A stretch of 32,000 nt of DNA, from the NCBI RefSeq assembly GCF_000007145.1, contig NC_003902.1:1837436-1869435 (forward strand), read 5' to 3'. Positions 19,780 through 29,432 of this stretch are shown in pieces; position 1 is the stretch's first letter, and every line of letters begins with the position of its first letter. Made by a program: the position numbers and the translations under genes. The stretch comes from Xanthomonas campestris pv. campestris str. ATCC 33913. Its GTDB lineage: Bacteria; Pseudomonadota; Gammaproteobacteria; Xanthomonadales; Xanthomonadaceae. The notes beneath the pieces are model-generated. The model did not search any database. It was not told where the DNA came from and worked only from the letters and a program-made list of their open reading frames with translations.

Positions 19780-20865
19780 ATGACACGCGCGTTCAATTTC
19801 AGTGCCGGCCCTGCGACATTGCCGGAATCGGTCCTGCGGCAAGCGCAGGAAGAGATGGTCGAGTGGAACGGCGTGGGTGCCTCGATCGTGGAGATCAGCC
19901 ACCGCAGCGCCGACTTCATGGCGGTGGCTGCCGCCGCCGAGGCAGACTTGCGCACGCTGTTGTCGATTCCCGACGACTACGCGGTGCTGTTCACCTCCGG
20001 TGGCGCGACCACCATCCAGGCGCTGTTGCCGCTGAATTTCGCCGCGCCTGGCCAAGCAGTCGATTACGTGGTCAGTGGCCATTGGGGCAAGACCGCGATC
20101 AAGCAGGCCACGCCGTATGTGGATGTGCGCGTGGCCGCCGATGGCCAGCCCGGCGGTTATGTCGACATTCCGCCGGTCGCGAGCTGGACGCTGTCGCCGC
20201 ACGCCGCGTACGTGCACATCACTGCCAACGAAACCATTCACGGGGTCGAGTTCCGCGACACGCCGGACGTGGGCACCTTGCCGCTGTTTGCCGACTTCAG
20301 TTCGTCGATCGCCTCCGAGCCGCTGGACATCAGGCGCTATGGCCTGATCTATGCCGGCGCGCAGAAGAATCTGGGCCCGGTGGGTATTTCGGTGGTGATC
20401 GTGCGCCGCGAATTGCTCGAGCGTGCCGGCCAACCGCGTGCAGACATCTTCAATTACGCCTCGCACGTGGCGCGCGATTCTATGCTCAACACGCCGCCTA
20501 CCTGGAACTGGTATCTGCTCGGGCTCACCGTCAAATGGATGCTCGAGCAGGGTGGGGTGGCCGCATTCGCGCAGCGCAATGCCGAAAAGGCCGCGTTGGT
20601 GTACGGCGCAATCGATGGCTCCGGTGGCTTCTATCGCAACCAGGTGATGCCGACGGTGCGTTCGCGCATGAATATCCCGTTTTTCCTGGGCGATGAGCAG
20701 CTCGATGCGTTGTTCGTCAGCGAATCCAAGGCGGCCGGCTTGCTCGCGCTGAAGGGGCACAAGGCCGTGGGCGGGATCCGCGCTTCGCTGTACAACGCCA
20801 TGCCGGTGGCCGGTGCGCAGGCACTGGTGGCCTTCATGCACGATTTCCAGCAGCGCCACGGCTGA
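19780..20865 (+). CDS. serC: Phosphoserine aminotransferase
   Basis: 361 aa. [26 protein letters not shown]...EISHRS...GAQKNLGP (PLP lysine region). AAGGTG Shine-Dalgarno. Confidence 0.97.
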   Translation: MTRAFNFSAGPATLPESVLRQAQEEMVEWNGVGASIVEISHRSADFMAVAAAAEADLRTLLSIPDDYAVLFTSGGATTIQALLPLNFAAPGQAVDYVVSGHWGKTAIKQATPYVDVRVAADGQPGGYVDIPPVASWTLSPHAAYVHITANETIHGVEFRDTPDVGTLPLFADFSSSIASEPLDIRRYGLIYAGAQKNLGPVGISVVIVRRELLERAGQPRADIFNYASHVARDSMLNTPPTWNWYLLGLTVKWMLEQGGVAAFAQRNAEKAALVYGAIDGSGGFYRNQVMPTVRSRMNIPFFLGDEQLDALFVSESKAAGLLALKGHKAVGGIRASLYNAMPVAGAQALVAFMHDFQQRHG

Positions 20866-20931
20866 GTCCCCCACAACCGCGGCATTGCCGCGCTGGCGCA
20901 GTGCGCCGTTTTATTGAAGGAAAGCCCCCCG

Positions 20932-22134
20932 ATGGCTCCCAAGCCCAAGAACACCAACGCCGCTGGCGGCACCGCCAAGTCGGCTACCAAGGCCAGCAGC
21001 AAGAAAGCCACCAAGTTGGCTGGCAAGGACAGCGCCAAGCCACTGGCAACCGCTGCCCCAGTGCTGGCCGATGTGCGTGCCAAGATCGACGAGATCGACC
21101 GTGGCATCCAGGCGTTGATCGCCGAGCGCGCCAACTTCGCGCATCAGGTCGGCAAGGCCAAGGGCAAGCTGGCAGCGGCGGTGGATTACTACCGCCCCGA
21201 GCGCGAAGCGCAGGTGCTGCGCATGGTGGTGGACCGCAACGAAGGACCACTCAGCGATGAAGTGCTGGTGCATGTGTTCCGCGAAATCATGTCTGCGTGC
21301 CTTGCGCAGCAGGAGCCGCTGAAGATCGGGTATCTCGGCCCGGAAGGCACCTTCAGCCAGCAGGCGGTGCTCAAGCATTTCGGCCGGTCGGCGGTGGGTC
21401 TGCCGATGGCGACCATCGAAGAAGTGTTTCAGGAAGTGGAAGCCGGCAATGCCGATTTCGGCGTGGTGCCGGTAGAAAATTCCGGCCAGGGCACGATCCA
21501 GGTCACGCTGGACATGTTCCTCACCTCCAACCTCAAGATCTGCGGCGAAGTCGAGTTGCGTGTGCATCAGTACCTGCTTTCGCGCAACGGGCGCCTGGAA
21601 GACATCGAACGCATCTACGCGCATTCGCAGTCGTTTGCGCAGACCGCCGGCTGGCTGCGTTCGCACTTGCCCAAGGTGGAAAAGATTGCGGTCTCCAGCA
21701 ATGCCGAAGGCGCGCGCCGTGCGCGTAATGCCGAGGACGCGGCGGCCATCGGTGGCGAAAGCGCCGCGCACGTGTATGGCTTGAAAAAAGTCATCATGAA
21801 ATCGATCGAGGACGACGACGACAACACCACGCGCTTTCTGGTGATCGGCCGGCAGATCTTTCCATCGTCCGGGCATGACCGGACCTCGGTGCTGGTGTTC
21901 ATCCACGACAAGCCGGGCGCGTTGTTCGATGTACTCAGCCCGTTCGCGCGGCATGGCATCAGCATGAACCGCATCGAGTCGCGGCCGTCGCACCAGGCCA
22001 AGTGGGAATACGGCTTCTTTATCGACCTGGCCGGCCATGTGGAGGACGAGTCGATGAAACAGGCACTGGCCGAACTGGAAGCGCATTCGGCACAGATCAA
22101 GGTGCTGGGCTCGTATCCGGTCGCCATTCCCTGA
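20932..22134 (+). CDS. pheA: Bifunctional chorismate mutase / prephenate dehydratase (P-protein) with Lys/Ala-rich N-terminal extension
   Basis: CM domain (LADVRAKIDEIDRGIQALIAERANFAHQVGKAK), PDT domain (KIGYLGPEGTFSQQA...VPVENS..G) and ACT domain (TSVLVFIHDKPGALFDVL...ESRP). ATG at 20932 is preceded by GAAGGAAAG; the track start at 20914 is a TTG. Confidence 0.92.
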   Translation: MAPKPKNTNAAGGTAKSATKASSKKATKLAGKDSAKPLATAAPVLADVRAKIDEIDRGIQALIAERANFAHQVGKAKGKLAAAVDYYRPEREAQVLRMVVDRNEGPLSDEVLVHVFREIMSACLAQQEPLKIGYLGPEGTFSQQAVLKHFGRSAVGLPMATIEEVFQEVEAGNADFGVVPVENSGQGTIQVTLDMFLTSNLKICGEVELRVHQYLLSRNGRLEDIERIYAHSQSFAQTAGWLRSHLPKVEKIAVSSNAEGARRARNAEDAAAIGGESAAHVYGLKKVIMKSIEDDDDNTTRFLVIGRQIFPSSGHDRTSVLVFIHDKPGALFDVLSPFARHGISMNRIESRPSHQAKWEYGFFIDLAGHVEDESMKQALAELEAHSAQIKVLGSYPVAIP

Positions 22135-22150
22135 GCAGCGCATCGGCTGC

Positions 22151-22178
22151 GGCGCCGCGTCGGCCCTGACGCGGCGCC
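22151..22178 (+). other. GC-rich hairpin between pheA and aroA
   Basis: GGCGCCGCGTC (22151-22161), loop GGCCCT, GACGCGGCGCC (22168-22178). An 11-bp perfect stem with no U tract. Function unknown; possibly a partial terminator or an mRNA-stability element. Confidence 0.3.
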
Positions 22179-22249
22179 TGTCTCTACACCGCCTTCCTTC
22201 CCACGCGCATTGCTGACCGCAGCGATGTCGTCGCAATCGGATCATTCGC

Positions 22250-23566
22250 ATGAGCAACAGCACGCAACACTGGATCGCACAGCGCGGCACCGCGCTGCAG
22301 GGCAGCCTGACCATTCCCGGCGACAAGTCGGTTTCGCACCGTGCGGTGATGTTCGCCGCACTGGCGGATGGCATCTCGAAGATCGACGGCTTTCTGGAGG
22401 GCGAAGACACGCGCTCCACCGCGGCGATCTTTGCCCAGCTGGGCGTACGCATTGAAACGCCGTCGGCGTCGCAGCGCATCGTGCATGGCGTCGGTGTGGA
22501 CGGCCTGCAGCCGCCGCAGGGGCCGCTGGATTGTGGCAACGCCGGCACCGGCATGCGCTTGCTGGCCGGCGTGCTCGCGGCGCAGCGGTTCGATAGCGTG
22601 CTGGTGGGCGATGCGTCGTTGTCCAAGCGGCCCATGCGCCGCGTCACCGGCCCGCTGGCGCAGATGGGTGCACGTATCGAAACCGAATCGGATGGCACAC
22701 CGCCGCTGCGGGTCCACGGTGGCCAGGCGCTGCAAGGCATTACGTTTGCTTCGCCGGTGGCCAGCGCACAGGTCAAATCAGCCGTGCTGCTGGCCGGGTT
22801 ATACGCAACGGGTGAGACCTCGGTGAGTGAGCCGCATCCCACGCGCGACTACACCGAACGCATGCTCTCCGCATTCGGCGTGGAGATCGCGTTTTCTCCT
22901 GGCCAGGCGCGTCTGCGTGGCGGACAGCGTTTGCGCGCGACCGATATCGCGGTGCCGGCAGATTTTTCATCGGCAGCGTTTTTCATCGTAGCCGCCAGCA
23001 TCATTCCCGGCTCGGGCGTGACCTTGCGTGCGGTAGGACTGAATCCGCGGCGCACTGGCCTGTTGGCCGCCCTGCGGCTGATGGGCGCCGATATCGTGGA
23101 AGACAATCACGCCGAACACGGCGGTGAGCCGGTGGCAGACCTGCGCGTACGCTATGCCCCGCTGCGGGGCGCGCAGATTCCCGAAGCGCTGGTGCCGGAC
23201 ATGATCGATGAGTTCCCGGCGCTGTTTGTCGCAGCAGCTGCGGCGCGCGGCGACACGGTCGTCAGTGGTGCGGCGGAATTGCGCGTCAAGGAATCCGACC
23301 GCCTTGCCGCGATGGCCACCGGCCTGCGCGCGCTCGGCATTGTGGTGGACGAAACCCCGGACGGCGCCACCATCCACGGCGGCACGCTGGGCAGCGGCGT
23401 CATCGAGAGCCACGGCGATCACCGCATTGCAATGGCGTTTGCCATCGCAGGCCAGCTGTCCACCGGGACGGTGCAGGTCAACGACGTGGCGAACGTGGCC
23501 ACCTCGTTCCCAGGCTTCGACAGCCTGGCGCAGGGCGCCGGGTTCGGGCTCAGCGCGCGTCCGTGA
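22250..23566 (+). CDS. aroA: 3-phosphoshikimate 1-carboxyvinyltransferase (EPSP synthase)
   Basis: 438 aa. Motifs LTIPGDKSVSHRAVMFAALA, LDCGNAGTGMRLL, ELRVKESDRL and HGDHRIAMAF. Confidence 0.97.
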   Translation: MSNSTQHWIAQRGTALQGSLTIPGDKSVSHRAVMFAALADGISKIDGFLEGEDTRSTAAIFAQLGVRIETPSASQRIVHGVGVDGLQPPQGPLDCGNAGTGMRLLAGVLAAQRFDSVLVGDASLSKRPMRRVTGPLAQMGARIETESDGTPPLRVHGGQALQGITFASPVASAQVKSAVLLAGLYATGETSVSEPHPTRDYTERMLSAFGVEIAFSPGQARLRGGQRLRATDIAVPADFSSAAFFIVAASIIPGSGVTLRAVGLNPRRTGLLAALRLMGADIVEDNHAEHGGEPVADLRVRYAPLRGAQIPEALVPDMIDEFPALFVAAAAARGDTVVSGAAELRVKESDRLAAMATGLRALGIVVDETPDGATIHGGTLGSGVIESHGDHRIAMAFAIAGQLSTGTVQVNDVANVATSFPGFDSLAQGAGFGLSARP

Positions 23567-24113
23567 ATTCCACCGGCACCTGCACGCTGCTGACGACCGC
23601 ATGGCCGTCACGCAGCGCAGGCTCGAAGCGCCACTGACGCAGCGTTTCCACCACGGCTTCGTCCAGGCGCGGATCCGGGCTGCCTTGGCGCTCCACGATG
23701 GTCACCGCGCTGACGCGGCCCTGTACATCCAACTGCAGCCGCGCGATGCGGCTGCCGGCGCTGCCATCCTGCAGAGCCTGCGAGGGGTAATTAGGCATCG
23801 CGTTGCCGGGCAGCGGTTGCGGCTCCTGGCTGCTGATCGGCGGGCGCACCGGCAGATGCGGAATCATCATTGCCTCACGTGGCGCATCGGACGCGGGCAG
23901 GACCTGGCGCGCCATCGGCGCTGGAGCATCAGTTGCCAGCGATTCGTCGCTATGCCGCGCCCACCACCAACTGGGAACGACCACCAGCACGGCAAGCACG
24001 GTCGCCCACAACCAGGGCGAGGCACCGTCGCTTTCGTGATCACGCACGCGGCGGCCTGCGTCGCGCGGCAGCGGTGTGGCGTGGTGGGATGAAGACTGTG
24101 AGGTGAAGGACAT
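23550..24113 (-). CDS. TonB C-terminal-domain protein (second copy of a tandem pair)
   Basis: TM helix (WLWATVLAVLVVVPSWWW), a Pro-containing linker and a TonB_C-like end (YPSQALQDGSAGSRIARLQLDVQGRVSAVTIV...AVVETLRQWRFEPA). I prefer the ATG at 24113 with GGAGG 6 nt upstream; the track start is 24146. Confidence 0.7.
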   Translation of the reverse strand: MSFTSQSSSHHATPLPRDAGRRVRDHESDGASPWLWATVLAVLVVVPSWWWARHSDESLATDAPAPMARQVLPASDAPREAMMIPHLPVRPPISSQEPQPLPGNAMPNYPSQALQDGSAGSRIARLQLDVQGRVSAVTIVERQGSPDPRLDEAVVETLRQWRFEPALRDGHAVVSSVQVPVEFTDAR

Positions 24114-24226
24114 GGCCAACCTCCGGGCGCATCTTTGGGATGACACCCACAGTCTGGTCGGCCTTGCCTGAGGCGCAGCTAAGGCGACGCCTTCACATCC
24201 CGGTCGGCGACCGGGCGAGGTTCAGC

Positions 24227-24880
24227 TTACTGAGCGGGCTTGAACTCGAACGGGATATCGATACTGCCAGCCACCGGCTGGCCGCCGCGCTGGGCCGGGT
24301 GGAAGCGCCAGCGACGCACCGCCTCCATCGCGGCGCGGTCCAGATCGCGCGAGCCACTGCGCTGCACCAGCGCCACGCCGCCAGGGTTGCCGGCGGCATC
24401 CACGTCAACGCGCACCACCACATCGCCCGCATCGCCACGGCGCAGCGCCGCTGCGGGATAGCGTGGCGGCGGCATCTGGCCCTGCATCGGCACCGGCCGA
24501 TCACCGCCTGCAACGGGCGCGGCGCTGGTCGGGGCGCCAGGTGCACCGGGTACTGCGTCTTCGGGAAGCGGGGCCGGTGCGGGCGGCGCAGGCGGGGCGG
24601 TTTCCACCAGAGCGGGCGCGTCTTCGGGCGGCTTGGCCTGCGGCATCTCGATGGAGCCATCCTGCGCCGGTAACGGCGCCGGCAGCGGCTGGATGGTGTC
24701 GGCGGGTGCGCCAGCGGTTGGTTGTGCGGGCGAGGCCTTGTAGAAGTCCTTGCGCCCGGTGGCCCAGACCAGCAGGAACAGCAGCAGGCCCGCGACGAAC
24801 GCGATACCGGCAATTTTCAGGGTGTGGCGGGGCAGACGCAGAACGATGTGGCGATCGGACGCAGGGCGGGGCGCGGGCAT
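24227..24880 (-). CDS. Energy transducer TonB-like protein (first copy of a tandem pair)
   Basis: 217 aa from the ATG at 24880. It has a TM helix (IAGIAFVAGLLLFLLVW), a Pro-rich spacer (APPAPPAPAPLPE) and a TonB_C domain (YPAAALRRGDAGDVVVRVDVDAAGNPGGVALV...AAMEAVRRWRFHPA). The 391-aa track ORF extends antisense into serS and was trimmed. Confidence 0.8.
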   Translation of the reverse strand: MPAPRPASDRHIVLRLPRHTLKIAGIAFVAGLLLFLLVWATGRKDFYKASPAQPTAGAPADTIQPLPAPLPAQDGSIEMPQAKPPEDAPALVETAPPAPPAPAPLPEDAVPGAPGAPTSAAPVAGGDRPVPMQGQMPPPRYPAAALRRGDAGDVVVRVDVDAAGNPGGVALVQRSGSRDLDRAAMEAVRRWRFHPAQRGGQPVAGSIDIPFEFKPAQ

Positions 24881-24959
24881 AGGGCTCACCTGAAGGATCA
24901 GGCCGATTCTGGCATAGCATCGGTGAATCGATCGCAGCGACTGTCGGAACAGGCGATAA

Positions 24960-26270
<1,311 letters not shown>

Positions 26271-26428
26271 GCGTCATTGGACTGCTGCGCAGCCGTGTGG
26301 CTGCGGAGTCGTGAGGGCATTAGATAGCTGGTAGTCACGCGGCTGCCGCAGCGTTCGGCCGGCCCAAGCGGGCGCTAGCGATGCATGAGCAACGACGTTC
26401 GACGCAGTGACCCAAAAGTGTTCGTAAC

Positions 26429-26456
26429 CCAACGGGGCCGGTGACGGCCCCGTTGG
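26429..26456. other. Perfect 12-bp hairpin inside the structured serS-lysR spacer
   Basis: CCAACGGGGCCG (26429-26440), loop GTGA, CGGCCCCGTTGG (26445-26456). It is enclosed by a longer-range complementarity between 26387-26398 and 26493-26505. Confidence 0.35.
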
Positions 26457-26562
26457 CATTTGAGGCGGGCGGCGCAAGGCGTGACGCCGGACACGTTCGT
26501 TGCTCGATTGGGATAAAGGTGGTTAAATATCGCGCATCGTTCTATCCATGGATACCTGCGCC

Positions 26563-27567
26563 ATGCACGACCTGAATGACCTGTACTACTTCGCGATGGT
26601 GGTGGACCACGGCGGCTTTGCGGCTGCCGAGCGCGCGCTGGGGATTCCCAAATCGCGTCTGAGCCGCCGCATCAGCCAACTCGAAACCGACCTGGGCGTG
26701 CGCCTGTTGCAGCGCTCCACGCGCCGTTTCGCGGTGACCGACGTCGGCACCAGCGTGCACCGGCATGCGCAAACCATGCTGGCCGAAGCGCAAGCCGCGC
26801 GCGAGGTAGTGGACCGCCTCAGCGCCGAGCCACGCGGCCTGGTGCGCGTTAGCGTGCCGGTGTCGCTGGCACAGATCCAGTTACCGAAACTGCTGCCGCA
26901 ATTCCTCGGTAAATACCCGAAGGTGCGGCTGCAGCTCAACATCAGCAATCGCCGCGTCGATGTCATCAACGAGGGCTACGACGTCGCCTTGCGCGTGCGT
27001 TCGCGGCTGGATGACGACGGCAGCCTGGTGATGCGCAGCTTTGGCCAGGTGCAGGAGTTGCTGGTGGCCAGCCCCAAGTACCTGGACCGCGCCGGACGTC
27101 CGAAGGACCCGGGCGAGCTGGCCAACCACACCACCATGAGCACCAGCGAGGACGAAGCGCACCAGCGCTGGGAACTGCACGGCCCCAACGGCGAGATGCG
27201 CCGCGTGGACCTGCAGCCGCGGCTGGCCGGCTTTGACTTCCCGCTGCTGCAATCGATGGCGCGCGACGGTTTCGGCATTACCATGCTGCCGGAGACGGTG
27301 TGCGCCGAAGCGGTGCGCAATGGCGAACTGGAAGTGGTGCTGCCGCATTGGTCGCTGCCGCAAGGCATCTGCCACGCCGTGTTCGCCTCGCGCCGCGGCC
27401 TGCTGCCGGCCGTGCGTGTGTTCATCGACTTCCTGGCCGAACACCTGCCGCAGGAAATCGAGCGCTCGCGCCTGGATTGCGGCGGCAACTGCGCCGAACT
27501 GGCGGAAAAGCTCAAGCGCGCCACCGCCGCAGCGGCCCCGCGCCTGGTGGTGGCCGAAGCCGGCTGA
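26563..27567 (+). CDS. LysR-family transcriptional regulator
   Basis: HTH N-terminus MHDLNDLYYFAMVVDHGGFAAAERALGIPKSRLSRRISQLETDLGVRLLQRSTRRF followed by a LysR substrate-binding domain. ATG 26563 fits family N-termini better than ATG 26548. Confidence 0.9.
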   Translation: MHDLNDLYYFAMVVDHGGFAAAERALGIPKSRLSRRISQLETDLGVRLLQRSTRRFAVTDVGTSVHRHAQTMLAEAQAAREVVDRLSAEPRGLVRVSVPVSLAQIQLPKLLPQFLGKYPKVRLQLNISNRRVDVINEGYDVALRVRSRLDDDGSLVMRSFGQVQELLVASPKYLDRAGRPKDPGELANHTTMSTSEDEAHQRWELHGPNGEMRRVDLQPRLAGFDFPLLQSMARDGFGITMLPETVCAEAVRNGELEVVLPHWSLPQGICHAVFASRRGLLPAVRVFIDFLAEHLPQEIERSRLDCGGNCAELAEKLKRATAAAAPRLVVAEAG

Positions 27568-27739
27568 GCCAACGCCGACGCGTGGGCAAACCGGCCCGGG
27601 CATGCGAGAATGCGCGCCCGGGAGTGATCCCGGCGGTGGCAGCCCCAAGCAGTTTGGCGGTCACCCTCAGCGCCACCTGCACTGCATGGTGGCGTTCGTG
27701 CGAGCGACCAAGGTCGTTGACGCACGCACCAGCAGCATC

Positions 27740-27829
27740 GGAGAGATGGCCGAGCGGTTTAAGGCACCGGTCTTGAAAACCGGCGAAGGGTCAAACCTTC
27801 CGTGGGTTCGAATCCCACTCTCTCCGCCA
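27740..27829 (+). tRNA. tRNA-Ser (anticodon UGA), CCA encoded
   Basis: Acceptor stem GGAGAGA pairs with TCTCTCC. D arm GCCGAGCGGTTTAAGGC. Anticodon stem-loop CCGGT-CTTGAAA-ACCGG. Long variable arm, T arm GTGGGTTCGAATCCCAC, discriminator G and CCA. Confidence 0.95.
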
Positions 27830-27912
27830 GTCACTCCTAAATTATTGATTTCACTCATTAATTTCTTGGGTAGGTTGATTGGAGGCAGGAAGCATGCAGA
27901 GGAAACACTCGC

Positions 27913-29379
27913 ATGCGCATCCCTCATCATTTGAGCCGTTCTCCGACCGGCCGCTGGTCGTTCGTCCAACGTGTGCCCGTCGATTTGCAAACCGTGATGG
28001 GCTGCCGGCTTATCAAACGCACCCTGCAAACGAAGGACTTGGCGCAGGCGCATGTGCGTGCAGTCGTGCTTGGGGCGGGCTATGCTCGGCTCTTCGCACA
28101 GTTGACGGATCAACGCGTGGACAAGCTGAGCAAGACGGACGCTGACCTCCTGATTGCGCGTCTGACGAGCGCAGAAAATCTTCAGGACCTGACGCTCAAC
28201 CGCACCCGCCAGCCGGATGGCACGGTGACGGAGCAGTGGCAGATCGACAGCCCGAAGGACTTGAAGCTGTATCGGCAGCTCATGGAGTTGGAAGCGATGG
28301 CCGGTGCGGCCTTGCAGGCTCGGGCCCACCCGGTTGCCGTGCCAACCATGTTTGGCTCAACGCACGCTGGCCCAAGTAGGCAGTCATCTGCGCCGGCCAT
28401 CGAGACGATGACGCTGGGCAAAGCCCGTGACGCCTTTCTGGCGACACTCAAGGGCTCGACGCTGCCCAAGACCTACACCATCAAGAAAACCGCCATTGAG
28501 GCGTTGGTGTCGTTTCTGGGACCGACAATGAAGGTCCATGCCATCACCCGGTCGGATTTGGCACGGTGGTATCAAGACATGCGCGAGAAGGGCGCTTCGA
28601 CCCCGACCCTCACGAACAAGCAGTCGTATATCGGTGGGCGGGGAGGCTTTTTCGAATGGGCCATGGCGTCGGGCCATTACCCGAAGGGCGATAACCCGGC
28701 GAGCGGCCACGTGAGCTACTCCCAGCGCGAGAAGCGGGCCCGGAAGAAGCTGGGATTTAAAGCGTATGACCGTGCCCAGATCCAGGCGCTGTTCGCGCCT
28801 GAGGCGCTGGCCAAGCTATCAGAGTCGGCTCGCTGGGCCTCGTTCCTTGGGCTCTACACAGGTGCCAGGGCATCCGAAGTGGGGCAGCTTCTGGTCAAGG
28901 ACGTGTTCGAAGAAGACGGCATCCCGTGCATTCGTATCTCTGACGAGGGCGAGCACCAGAAGGTCAAAACCGAGGTCAGCCTTCGGACGGTGCCGCTCCA
29001 CCCCGAGCTCCTCAAGATGGGCTTCCTTGAGTGGGTTGGTGGCAAGCGCAAGGTCGGTGAAACGAGGCTATTCCCGGCGGCTAAAGCAACGGCGGTAAAC
29101 GGGCAGGGCAACTGGATCACTAAGGCGTTTAGCAGGCACTTGGCCGAGGTTGGCAAAAACTGGGAGCCGGCAAAGCGTGGCTTCCACTCGCTCAGGAAGA
29201 CCTTAATCCAAGAGCTGCAGGGCGCTGGCGTGGTGTCAGAGCTAAGGGCTCAAATAGTCGGCCATGAGCTGGACGACGAGCATCACTCAACCTACGGCAG
29301 GGATTTTACAGTAGTTGAAAAGCTCAGAGGTCTCGGGCCGCACTCGCCTGGAATTTCTCGCTTGTCCTTCTTCCAATAA
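27913..29379 (+). CDS. Tyrosine-type site-specific integrase
   Basis: 488 aa. Catalytic-domain signatures: LYTGARASEVGQL (Arg I), HSLRKT (His-x-x-Arg) and VGHE...HSTYGRD (His/Tyr). The N-terminal RSPTGRWSFVQRVPVDL motif is typical of long island integrases. Confidence 0.9.
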   Translation: MRIPHHLSRSPTGRWSFVQRVPVDLQTVMGCRLIKRTLQTKDLAQAHVRAVVLGAGYARLFAQLTDQRVDKLSKTDADLLIARLTSAENLQDLTLNRTRQPDGTVTEQWQIDSPKDLKLYRQLMELEAMAGAALQARAHPVAVPTMFGSTHAGPSRQSSAPAIETMTLGKARDAFLATLKGSTLPKTYTIKKTAIEALVSFLGPTMKVHAITRSDLARWYQDMREKGASTPTLTNKQSYIGGRGGFFEWAMASGHYPKGDNPASGHVSYSQREKRARKKLGFKAYDRAQIQALFAPEALAKLSESARWASFLGLYTGARASEVGQLLVKDVFEEDGIPCIRISDEGEHQKVKTEVSLRTVPLHPELLKMGFLEWVGGKRKVGETRLFPAAKATAVNGQGNWITKAFSRHLAEVGKNWEPAKRGFHSLRKTLIQELQGAGVVSELRAQIVGHELDDEHHSTYGRDFTVVEKLRGLGPHSPGISRLSFFQ

Positions 29380-29432
29380 CTGGATTTTGCTAGTTGTTGG
29401 TGGAATAAATTTTTATTCTCAAATTCATTGAG

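Noticed and set aside
19555-20874. 439-aa minus-strand ORF opposite serC
   Set aside because: Antisense to a full-length serC; the composition is typical of shadow ORFs.
20895-20915. Small hairpin GGCGC-AGT-GCGCC followed by GTTTTATT between serC and pheA, as a possible terminator or attenuator
   Set aside because: Only a 5-bp stem with a 3-nt loop. It overlaps the pheA ribosome-binding region, and serC-pheA co-transcription is more likely. Kept only as a note.
20911-22842. 643-aa minus-strand ORF spanning pheA and the start of aroA
   Set aside because: Antisense to two well-supported genes and crossing their intergenic hairpin; not protein-like.
26274-26477. 67-aa minus-strand ORF in the serS-lysR spacer, as a possible divergent LysR target gene
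   Set aside because: It starts at TTG with no ribosome-binding site, has a Pro/Ala-rich low-complexity product, and is built largely from the hairpin sequences. The region is better explained as structured RNA or DNA.
26881-27725. 255-aa and 249-aa minus-strand ORFs opposite the LysR gene
   Set aside because: Antisense to a well-supported LysR regulator; low-complexity products.
27667-28329. 220-aa minus-strand ORF overlapping tRNA-Ser and the integrase 5' region
   Set aside because: It runs through a tRNA gene and is antisense to the integrase. No recognisable domains.
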